Below the pieces are notes generated by a model that had not been told where the DNA came from, did no database searches, and saw only the letters and a program-made list of their open reading frames with translations. This document shows positions 1 to 11,672 of a stretch of DNA of 64,000 nucleotides, piece by piece (the stretch's first letter is position 1; the number at the start of each line of letters is the position of its first letter). A program made the position numbers and the translations under genes. This stretch comes from Octopus vulgaris (taxonomy: Eukaryota). The stretch covers positions 62,434,001-62,498,000 of the forward strand of contig OX597820.1 of NCBI GenBank assembly GCA_951406725.2. Reading direction: 5' to 3'.

Positions 1-973
1 GGTCGTGACTTGAAATGGAACTCCAAACTACCTTACTGCAAAGCAAACTTTTTGAACTATACAAATATACCTGGTCTGTCTTCATAAAAATATGGTGATA
101 TATCCTATATTATACACAAATATTGTTTTCTCTTTCTTTAACCAGCGGTCAGCCGAAATTGAGCATACATATCAAGGAAAATATTACGTTCATTGGATAG
201 CGTATTTCCCTTTAATAATGTTGATCTATATTATCCAGCGAGTCTTTCTTCTGCAACAAAATAAGGCGGGATTTTAGAGTCATGATGTTACTACTTCAAA
301 CGTGTAGAAGCAAACTGATTGTCTCACTTCTTTGGCTACTATGTAGTAGTTATTTCAAAATATGCCAGAATTAGTAAACATTTTCGGCAATGAAATTGGC
401 GACTGTACAATGCAGTATGCTTATTAGTTTATCTATTAGTAGGTTACCTCTCTTAAGAGAAATAGGTAACGCTTGAAAGCTGCCACCGCATTGTCTTTTG
501 ATCTCTCGAAATATTTGAGAATTACGGAGATGTACTTGCATAGCAAGTGATTTGATCTGAGATCGTGTGCTGGAACGAAAACAATTGCAGCGTGGAAGGT
601 GTTTGTAAGCCATTTAAGAAACACACAAAAGCCGTTCGATTCACTTCAACATTTAAGTTTAATTTGTCAAAATATTTTCGTCGCTATAAGCCCGCGACCT
701 GTAACCGTAATGTTTTACATGAATATTGCATGTGTTTTAAGAAAGCCTCATTCTATTTATGTTTAATGGATGTTTGTTTGTAGTAGTAGTAGTAGTAGTA
801 GTAGCTGTTGTTGAACTTATTGTGAATGTTGTTTAACCCTAGGCTAGTCATATTCAGAACAGCTATGAAAAATACCACATTCCAATGTGCAGCATCTTGT
901 CCTTTTCAGGTTGTAGGAAGAGCATAATTAGATGTAATTTTTTTCACGATGTCAGCACGTTATTAGAAAAATA

Positions 974-1113
974 TTAGGTTGTCCCAAAAGTTCGTAAACA
1001 CTTGCGAAAATTGAATTTTTACTCGCCAAGTACTAACAAAAACAACAAAAATTATTCCTCAAAATAAAGACCATTATTTTCCAAGACTTTCTACGAACTT
1101 TTGGGACAACCTT
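974..1113 (-). mobile_element. Mariner-derived MITE (internally deleted mariner)
   Basis: 23-bp terminal inverted repeats ttaggttgtcccaaaagttcgta / tacgaacttttgggacaacctta (1 mismatch), flanked by TA on both sides. The minus strand retains a transposase-like C-terminus KVLENNGLYFEE*. Confidence 0.8.
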
Positions 1114-1267
1114 ATATTTGGTTATTACATATAACAATCCATAGGACTAAGCTTACCTGGCGTAATCTTACAGCTAGACTTATCTTAATAATTTAGTCCA
1201 TACCAGCTGTAGGACAGGGATTTTGTAGAAATGTCAAAATCATGTAAAGAGCCATTTCATTTATATT

Positions 1268-1483
1268 CTTTTCTACTCTAGGCACCAGCCCCGAAAGATT
1301 TGAGGAGGGGTCAGTCGATTAGATCGATCACAGTACGCAACTGGAACTTAATTTATCGACCCCGAAAGGATGAAAGGTAAAGTCGACCACGTCGGAATTT
1401 GAACTCAGAACGTAAAAACAAACAAAATACCGCTAAGCATTTCGCCCAGCGTACTAACGCTTCTTCTAGCTCGCCGCCTTTGT
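1268..1483 (-). mobile_element. tRNA-derived SINE (Meta-domain-like body) with 15-bp TSD
   Basis: Minus strand starts ggcggcgagctag..., has B-box gagttcaaattcc and core cctttcatcctttcggggtcgataaattaagt. Direct repeat catttcatttatatt at 1253-1267 and 1484-1498. Confidence 0.85.
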
Positions 1484-2230
1484 CATTTCATTTATATTAC
1501 ACCAATAAGGTGATAAAGTGCCTGCTCTTCAAAAAAATTTTAATAAAATAAAATAAAGGTGTAAGCATGTCCATGAATATTTCAGTGTACGACTGAATAC
1601 CAGGATGGATGTGTTTGAACTGTTGTGTCATATCTGGGGACATTGCTTACGTCAGATCCCTAGTTTCCATTCGTTGTGAGTATACATGCTCATTGGTCCC
1701 TAAGACAAACAAGTTATTTGACTGAGATAATTAATAATTATGTGATGATCAGAGTTATAATTGAAATCTTACGTTGATAGCCACAAGCGCTATTTAAGTC
1801 TGAGTGTTTTTTGTTGTATTTTTGGTAACGTCTTGTATTTGTGTATTTGTATATTAATTTATTTTCCCTCGCTTTTTTTTTCCTTTTGCAAACAGCAAAT
1901 GCATAATTATTTATAGAAAAATGCGTTAATGAATAAAGAAATCGCAAAAGTGAAAACGTAAAATTCCATCAAATCTAAGTGGATAGTGACGAAGAGAGGA
2001 AAACAGAGGAGGGGAAGTTTTATTCAATGCGCCCAATAAAAAAGTGTTGATGCTTCGAAGCACGTAAAGTAGCAAATTTGCAAAGACGTTAGTCAGTCAG
2101 ATTGAATATATTGCGACATTTCTGCTGGCCTTCTATTCTCTGAGTTCAAATCTCACCGAGCTCAGCTTTGTGCTACATCATTCTAAACATGTATTCAGCA
2201 AGCGCTTGAATCAATTTATCTCGCTCTTTC

Positions 2231-2296
<66 letters not shown>

Positions 2297-2479
2297 GATC
2301 GATCGATCGATCGATCTATCTATCTTTGATAAAATGTTGCAATGCACCCGATCTGCCCCTCTAACATCTTTGCCAATTCGCTACTTTATTTGTTTCGAAA
2401 CACCACATTTTACTAGACCTCTTTAATAAGACCTCACTTTCTCCCTCTCCCTCTATATCACCATAGACTTAATTTTGAT

Positions 2480-2629
2480 GGAATTTATACATTATTTACA
2501 TTTGACGGATAATTGCCCTCATTTTGTTTGTTGTTAACACAAAGTTTTGGCTGATATACCTTCCAGCCTTCATCAGGTGTTTTGCGGAAATTTCGAACCT
2601 GAATTCTCATTTCTAAAGTATATTTCGCA

Positions 2630-2684
<55 letters not shown>

Positions 2685-3437
2685 GCCTTTGCACAGCTTC
2701 TAACGCTGGAGATGTACTACAGTGTCAGCTGTTCACTACCAGTGAACTAAGGTAACACCTCTTATTTTTCGAGCACCTTCGGAGTATTCGAGCGGTTCCA
2801 AGCAGTGCTGTTTTCTGCAAGTGATCCACACTTATTGCAGCCCATATTTGTTCTACGTACTTCTCGAGAATTTTGCTTACTGTTCCCAGGTCTCCGACAA
2901 TAGTTGGTACTACTGCTACCTTTTTCATCGACCACTGCTTAACTTCCCAAGCTAACCTTACATATCGCTCGAGCTTTCTTTCTTCCTTATCGCATACCTT
3001 GTTGTCAGCTGAGCATCTTATACCTATGGTCCAGCATAGTTTGTTTTCTTTCTCAATTAATACTATGTCCGGCTCCCTATTCTCAATCTCATAGTCGCAC
3101 TGAATCATAAAAATCCTATAGGACCTTTGCATTTCTATTTTTCGACAATGCCTTCAGGTTTGTTGTACAAATGTTTTGGTCTGTCAAGTCCATACTTGTC
3201 GCAAAGTGTGCAATGGACAAGCCTGGCTATATTTTCGTAGAGTATTATTATTATTAATATTATTATTATTATTCAGGTCAGTGCCTGGAATCGAACTCGG
3301 AATCGAACTTGAGGTTAGTAGCCCACTCTCTTAACCACTACGCCATATGCTGGCGGGTATATCAACCGAAACGTTGTGTTAACAACAAACAAGATGCGGA
3401 CAAATATCCGTCAAATGTAAATAATGCACATAGTTCC
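2480..3437 (-). mobile_element. Composite SINE: tRNA-like head + (AAT)n + Penelope-like tail with minimal hammerhead, plus an inverted tail copy at its 5' end
   Basis: Head 3274-3350(-) has A-box tggcgtagtggtt and a duplicated B-box agttcgattcc. Tail 2480-2632(-) contains acac-CTGATGA-a-ggctg..cagcc-AAAAC. An inverted tail copy at 3349-3437(+) contains GAAACGTT-gtgt. Confidence 0.65.
2685..3242 (-). mobile_element. 5'-truncated Dong/R4-like non-LTR retrotransposon (restriction-like endonuclease C-terminus + 3'UTR)
   Basis: Translates ENIARLVHCTLCDKYG...KPEGIVE and REPDIVLIEK...EERKLERY...LGTV...LQKTALLGTARILRR (PD..D/K RLE region). Flanked on both sides by (TTA)n. Confidence 0.85.
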
Positions 3438-3560
3438 TGATCTCTTAAATGTAGAACGATGGAATTTGTTTTCCCTATTATAATTTCTTTATTCATTCCT
3501 AAAAATAACACTCTGGATCGGTAACGTAACACAACATAATTGCCGCATGCGGCCATTTGA

Positions 3561-3591
<31 letters not shown>

Positions 3592-3598
3592 CTATATA

Positions 3599-3647
<49 letters not shown>

Positions 3648-3830
3648 GTTGAATGAATTATCCTAGTATGGATAATTCGGTTAACCGATACCCGGGTAGC
3701 AAATTTACGTCAGAAAGCACGGTTGAAGCTACATGCCAAGGGCAGAAATCACTTGCTATTGTGTGGAAATTTGTGTGTTTTTTTACTATAGATAAATGAA
3801 AGAATGGAGTCGAACGACGATTTAACAAAA

Positions 3831-3929
3831 TTCCTTTATTCTCGACACATGTTTCGCAGACTGCATATTCTTAATTCCGAAGGAATAAAGGGTGCATTAT
3901 GCCGTCTTCTCATCAGGAAAGACAAGGAA
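3831..3929 (-). ncRNA. Type I hammerhead ribozyme (mirror copy)
   Basis: Reverse complement of 4008-4106 with one helix II change (gtctgc vs gtcttc). The cores CTGATGA, GAAA and the GTC triplet are intact. Confidence 0.7.
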
Positions 3930-4007
3930 CTTATGTCAGCATCATGACGAACAAAAACTTTTAGATGACTGCCCACACGGAGTCCATAGTAATAATGCTG
4001 ACGTAAG

Positions 4008-4106
4008 TTCCTTGTCTTTCCTGATGAGAAGACGGCATAATGCACCCTTTATTCCTTCGGAATTAAGAATATGCAGTCTTCGAAACATGTGTCGAGAATA
4101 AAGGAA
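4008..4106 (+). ncRNA. Type I hammerhead ribozyme with extended helix II
   Basis: Helix I ttcctt(gtc)tttc / gaga(ata)aaggaa; CTGATGA at 4021-4027; helix II gaagacggcata / tatgcagtcttc; GAAA at 4082-4085; helix III AC-atgt-GT; GTC triplet with cleavage predicted after 4093. Confidence 0.8.
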
Positions 4107-4141
4107 TTTTGTTAAATCATCGTTCGACTCCATTCTTTCAT

Positions 4142-5240
<1,099 letters not shown>

Positions 5241-5318
5241 GTTGAGTTGTGGGGTATCGCACGAGTGGGATTATATAAGAAAAAAGGTTTGAAAATGCAA
5301 TTTAAACGATGTTTATTT

Positions 5319-5359
5319 ACTTAACCGGTTTCACTCTTTGGTAAAAGATTGTCAAAAGT
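5319..5359 (-). ncRNA. Candidate minimal hammerhead ribozyme, U3-A8 variant (mirror copy)
   Basis: Exact reverse complement of 11102-11142. Confidence 0.5.
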
Positions 5360-6166
5360 TACATTTAAGGAAACATTGAATAATATGGGTTCAAAAAAGT
5401 TTTTTACATAATCGTCACATTGAATATTATGCATTCAAAAAAGTTTTTTACATAATTGTCACATTGGATATTATGGGTTCAAAAAAAGTTTTTTACATAA
5501 TTGTCACATTGAATATTATGCATTCAAAAAAGTTTTTTACATAATTGTCACATTGGATATTATGAATTCAAAAATGTTTTTTTATACATAATTGTCACAT
5601 TATTTGGGAAAATTTGGCAGAAAAGGATAAAACAAATATATTATTGGGAATTGGTTGCGTTAATTATTGGTTGTCGCAAATTGTCACATTACATGTATAT
5701 ATATACAATCTTTGGTATATATATACAGCGTTTTGACAGCAAAAATTAAAATGGATTTTTTGTACATCTCAGAATATTTTAAGTATGTTTTTACTGACCT
5801 GTCAGTATTAGCAGAAAGGCTGAACTGAGAGAACAGAAGAAGTAGCCAATGTGGTGTATACTTCCCCTTTATGCATGAATGATTTTGGGGTTATCAGGAG
5901 GTTAGTATGCGGGTGTGAATAGATGTGTCCGTGCCTGCTGGTCAGACAGCGTCTGTTTGTCACACACATATATATACACACAAACACACACACACACACA
6001 ACAACACACACACACACACACATAGTATACAAACAAACACCACATACAAACAACACACACACACACAGAACACACACACCCACACACAACGCACCCACAT
6101 ATATCACATATACACACAGCACACAAATATAACATGTATCTATATATAACATACACAGATATATAA

Positions 6167-6224
<58 letters not shown>

Positions 6225-7018
6225 TACATACATAATATAAATATCACACAAATACACCTAGCATATATATACACACATACAATACACACATACAGCATGT
6301 AAGTAATATACATACACAATATATGCATGCAATATACATACGCAATACATACATATAATATATATATATATAGACAATGCATATACATATATACACATAT
6401 ACATATAAATAGTGTTTACATACACATACATAGATGTACCACATATACACACAACACACATACATACAATGCATACACATACACGTACGCATACATATAA
6501 TATATATATACACACACACACACATAACATACATACACACACAATGCATACATATATATACACGCAATGCATATACATGTATTCATGCACATATAGCACA
6601 CCTACAATATACATATATACAGTGCACACATACACACAAATATATACACTTAATTGTACACGTACATATACAATACACATACATACAATATACATATACA
6701 CAATGCGCATGCAAATAATGTACATGTTTATACACACATAAACATGCAAATAAATATACACACACACACATACACACACACACATATATATACACATATA
6801 TATATATATATATACACACATACATACATACATACATACAAGCACATACATATATTTTTTCACACACATACACACATATATATATAAAAAATTCACCACC
6901 CCCCACACACACAAATTACAAACCTATAGCGTACACACTCAAATATATCTCTACATGCCGCACATACACACAAACAAAGTACTAACATATACACACATAC
7001 CATGCATATACACACACA

Positions 7019-7055
<37 letters not shown>

Positions 7056-7436
7056 AAAACAGATACATATGTAAATACATACACACGTACACAATGCTCA
7101 CACACACACACACACACATACACACACACCCGCACACACACACACACATGTATACACACGTGCACACACACACACACATACAACGCGCGCACACACACAT
7201 ATACACACACACGCACACAGTGCACACACACACACACACACACACACACAACACTCACACACATACATCACCTACATATATATAATGCATGCGTGTGCAT
7301 GCCACGTATGTGTGCGGTCAATGCCCGCTAGTGTGTCCTATGCGTGCCGATGCGCGCATGTGCCCGCCCGCACGATATGCTGTGAGCGTGCGCGCGTCCC
7401 TGTGTGCTTGCTCTGGATGTGCTTCCAGGGGGTATG

Positions 7437-7843
7437 TTAGAGTATGTTTAGTTGTGGTCTGTATTTTTGAATAAGATTACTTTCCTTATTTATTCGTGTT
7501 TGGTCTGTGGTGTTGTCCGAGCATTGGTATAGTGGGAAGACTAAGAATTTGGGGGACTTATTGTGTGCACAAAGGTCTAAGTGTCCACTTAGTGGTATCT
7601 GTCTTGTGGAGGGGTCCCTCAGTTGTTGTCGGTGAACTGTCATTCTGTCTCTGAGGGTAAGGCTCGTTTGCCCTATGTAGTCTTCGTGGCATCCTTCACA
7701 CCTTATGACGTAGAGTAAATTTTTTGATGCGCACGTGAAGTTATTTTTTATGATGAATGTGTGTCCCGAGTGGAACTTGTACGACGATCCCTCAATGAGG
7801 TGGATGCAGGTCTTACAGTTGGGGCGACCACATTTTTTGATGG
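7437..7843 (-). pseudogene. Inverted duplicate of the PLE Zn-linker/GIY-YIG endonuclease coding region
   Basis: ORF 7437..7643(-) is identical to the C-terminal 68 aa of ORF 7735..8985(+). The inversion extends to 7843. Confidence 0.9.
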
Positions 7844-8985
7844 CCTACCTGGAATCACATATCTATGAAAAATCCAAATATAAGTACGGCCAGTCTTTCC
7901 ACAAATACCTGTTGGAGAACTGGAAACGCTACTTAGATGATTGCCTCATCCTATGGTCCCACACACTCGACCAACTTATAGACTTCAAAAACCTTATCAA
8001 CAGTGTAAATAACAACATTCAATTCACAATGGAATATAGTCAGGACCAACTCCCTTTTCTTGACATCCTAATCATTAAAAAAGGCGTCAACATTGAAACT
8101 GACATCCATTACAAACCCACTGACTCTAAACAATACCTTCTATTCACCTCCAATCACCCAAAACACACAAAGACAAATATCCCCTTCAACCTAGCGAGAA
8201 GAATCTGCACTATTGTCTCAAATGACACAACACGAAATAGAAGACTCCGGGAACTAAGGGCAATTCTTCTCGAAAGACATTACCCGGCATCACTAGTAGA
8301 CAACGGAATAGAACGGGCCAAATCAATCAACATTCAAGACCTTCGAAAACCCAAACACATCCACAGTACAGTCAATAGCCTCCCTTATCTCTCAACACAC
8401 AACCCAAGGAATGCAGAAGCTTACACTATTATATACAACAACATTCCACAACTAAATCAAGACCCACGCCTGAAAAAAATACTGGCAGCTCATAAAATAA
8501 TAAAAAGTAAGAGACAACCTAAATCCCTAAAAAACCTCCTCACCAACGCAAAATTACACAACACAAACCCACCGCCCACCATCAAAAAATGTGGTCGCCC
8601 CAACTGTAAGACCTGCATCCACCTCATTGAGGGATCGTCGTACAAGTTCCACTCGGGACACACATTCATCATAAAAAATAACTTCACGTGCGCATCAAAA
8701 AATTTACTCTACGTCATAAGGTGTGAAGGATGCCACGAAGACTACATAGGGCAAACGAGCCTTACCCTCAGAGACAGAATGACAGTTCACCGACAACAAC
8801 TGAGGGACCCCTCCACAAGACAGATACCACTAAGTGGACACTTAGACCTTTGTGCACACAATAAGTCCCCCAAATTCTTAGTCTTCCCACTATACCAATG
8901 CTCGGACAACACCACAGACCAAACACGAATAAATAAGGAAAGTAATCTTATTCAAAAATACAGACCACAACTAAACATACTCTAA
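7840..8985 (+). CDS. Penelope-like reverse transcriptase (5'-truncated) + GIY-YIG endonuclease
   Basis: MAYLE...WKRYLDD (7930-7941), PFLD, YKPTD..YL...S.HP, CxxxxCxxC linker (CGRPNCKTC), NLLYVIRCEGCHEDYIGQT, C-terminus KYRPQLN. No internal stops. Residues before 7840 come from the inverted arm. Confidence 0.92.
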   Translation: MAYLESHIYEKSKYKYGQSFHKYLLENWKRYLDDCLILWSHTLDQLIDFKNLINSVNNNIQFTMEYSQDQLPFLDILIIKKGVNIETDIHYKPTDSKQYLLFTSNHPKHTKTNIPFNLARRICTIVSNDTTRNRRLRELRAILLERHYPASLVDNGIERAKSINIQDLRKPKHIHSTVNSLPYLSTHNPRNAEAYTIIYNNIPQLNQDPRLKKILAAHKIIKSKRQPKSLKNLLTNAKLHNTNPPPTIKKCGRPNCKTCIHLIEGSSYKFHSGHTFIIKNNFTCASKNLLYVIRCEGCHEDYIGQTSLTLRDRMTVHRQQLRDPSTRQIPLSGHLDLCAHNKSPKFLVFPLYQCSDNTTDQTRINKESNLIQKYRPQLNIL

Positions 8986-9261
8986 CATACCCCCTGGAAG
9001 CACATCCAGAGCAAGCACACAGGGACGCGCGCACGCTCACAGCATATCGTGCGGGCGGGCACATGCGCGCATCGGCACGCATAGGACACACTAGCGGGCA
9101 TTGACCGCACACATACGTGGCATGCACACGCATGCATTATATATATGTAGGTGATGTATGTGTGTGAGTGTTGTGTGTGTGTGTGTGTGTGTGCACTGTG
9201 TGCGTGTGTGTGTATATGTGTGTGTGCGCGCGTTGTATGTGTGTGTGTGTGTGCACGTGTG

Positions 9262-9323
<62 letters not shown>

Positions 9324-9364
9324 CATTGTGTACGTGTGTATGTATTTACATATGTATCTGTTTT

Positions 9365-9420
<56 letters not shown>

Positions 9421-10198
9421 CATGGTATGTGTGTATATGTTAGTACTTTGTTTGTGTGTATGTGCGGCATGTAGAGATATATTTGAGTGTGTACGCTATA
9501 GGTTTGTAATTTGTGTGTGTGGGGGGTGGTGAATTTTTATATATATATATATGTGTGTGAAAAAATATATGTATGTGCATGTATGTATGTATGTATGTGT
9601 ATATATATATATATATGTGTATATATATGTGTGTGTGTGTATGTGTGTGTGTGTATATTTATTTGCATGTTTATGTGTGTATAAACATGTACATTATTTG
9701 CATGCGCATTGTGTATATGTATATTGTATGTATGTGTATTGTATATGTACGTGTACAATTAAGTGTATATATTTGTGTGTATGTGTGCACTGTATATATG
9801 TATATTGTAGGTGTGCTATATGTGCATGAATACATGTATATGCATTGCGTGTATATATATATATGCATTGTGTGTGTATGTATGTTATGTGTGTGTGTGT
9901 GTATATATATATTATATGTATGCGTATGTGTATGTGTATGCATTGTATGTATGTGTGTTGTGTGTATATGTGGTACATCTATGTATGTGTATGTAAACAC
10001 TATTTATATGTATATGTGTATATATGTATATGCATTGTCTATATATATATATATTATATGTATGTATTCGTATGTATATTGCATGCATATATTGTGTATG
10101 TATATTACTTACATGCTGTATGTGTGTATTGTATGTGTGTATATATATGCTAGGTGTATTTGTGTGATATTTATATTATGTATGTATGTGTGCGTGTG

Positions 10199-10245
<47 letters not shown>

Positions 10246-10859
10246 TTATATATCTGTGTATGTTATATATAGATACATGTTATATTTGTGTGCTGTGTGT
10301 ATATGTGATATATGTGGGTGCGTTGTGTGTGGGTGTGTGTGTTCTGTGTGTGTGTGTTGTTTGTATGTGGTGTGTGTTTGTATACTATGTGTGTGTGTGT
10401 GTGTGTGTGTTGTTTGTATGTGGTGTGTGTTTGTATACTATGTGTGTGTGTGTGTGTGTTGTTGTGTGTGTGTGTGTTTGTGTGTATATATATGTGTGTG
10501 ACAAACAGACGCTGTCTGACCAGCAGGCACGGACACATCTATTCACACCCGCATACTAACCTCCTGATAACCCCAAAATCATTCATGCATAAAGGGGAAG
10601 TATACACCACATTGGCTACTTCTTCTGTTCTCTCAGTTCAGCCTTTCTGCTAATACTGACAGGTCAGTAAAAACATACTTAAAATATTCTGAGATGTACA
10701 AAAAATCCATTTTAATTTTTGCTGTCAAAACGCTGTATATATATACCAAAGATTGTATATATATACATGTAATGTGACAATTTGCGACAACCAATAATTA
10801 ACGCAACCAATTCCCAATAATATATTTGTTTTATCCTTTTCTGCCAAATTTTCCCAAAT

Positions 10860-11088
10860 AATGTGACAATTATGTATAAAAAAACATTTTTGAATTCATA
10901 ATATCCAATGTGACAATTATGTAAAAAACTTTTTTGAATGCATAATATTCAATGTGACAATTATGTAAAAAACTTTTTTTGAACCCATAATATCCAATGT
11001 GACAATTATGTAAAAAACTTTTTTGAATGCATAATATTCAATGTGACAATTATGTAAAAAACTTTTTTGAACCCATATTATTCAATGT
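10860..11088 (+). repeat. About 44-bp minisatellite (5 copies) in PLE 3' region; mirrored at about 5373-5602
   Basis: aatgtgacaattatgtaaaaaacttttttgaa(tgc/ccc)ataatat(t/c)c units start at about 10860, 10907, 10951, 10996 and 11040. Confidence 0.9.
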
Positions 11089-11101
11089 TTCCTTAAATGT
11101 A

Positions 11102-11142
11102 ACTTTTGACAATCTTTTACCAAAGAGTGAAACCGGTTAAGT
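11102..11142 (+). ncRNA. Candidate minimal hammerhead ribozyme, U3-A8 variant
   Basis: actt-TTGACAA-tcttt(tacc)aaaga-gt-GAAA-C-cg-GTT-aagt: 4-bp helix I, 5-bp helix II, palindromic ACCGGT helix III. AATAAA follows at 11144. Confidence 0.55.
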
Positions 11143-11219
11143 AAATAAACATCGTTTAAATTGCATTTTCAAACCTTTTTTCTTATATAATCCCACTCGT
11201 GCGATACCCCACAATCAAC

Positions 11220-11672
<453 letters not shown>

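Noticed and set aside
92-783. Short ORFs in unique-looking sequence
   Set aside because: 60-80 aa, no motifs, overlapping on both strands; consistent with chance.
7735-7839. First 35 aa of the 416-aa Penelope ORF
   Set aside because: This is the antisense reading of the inverted arm, not part of the RT.
8986-9140. SECIS element after the PLE ORF
   Set aside because: The segment is GC-rich with small hairpins, but I found no AUGA/AA/GA SECIS core, and the ORF has no in-frame TGA.
10860-11088. CRISPR-like array
   Set aside because: Units are contiguous with no unique spacers, there are no cas genes, and the context is a eukaryotic retroelement.
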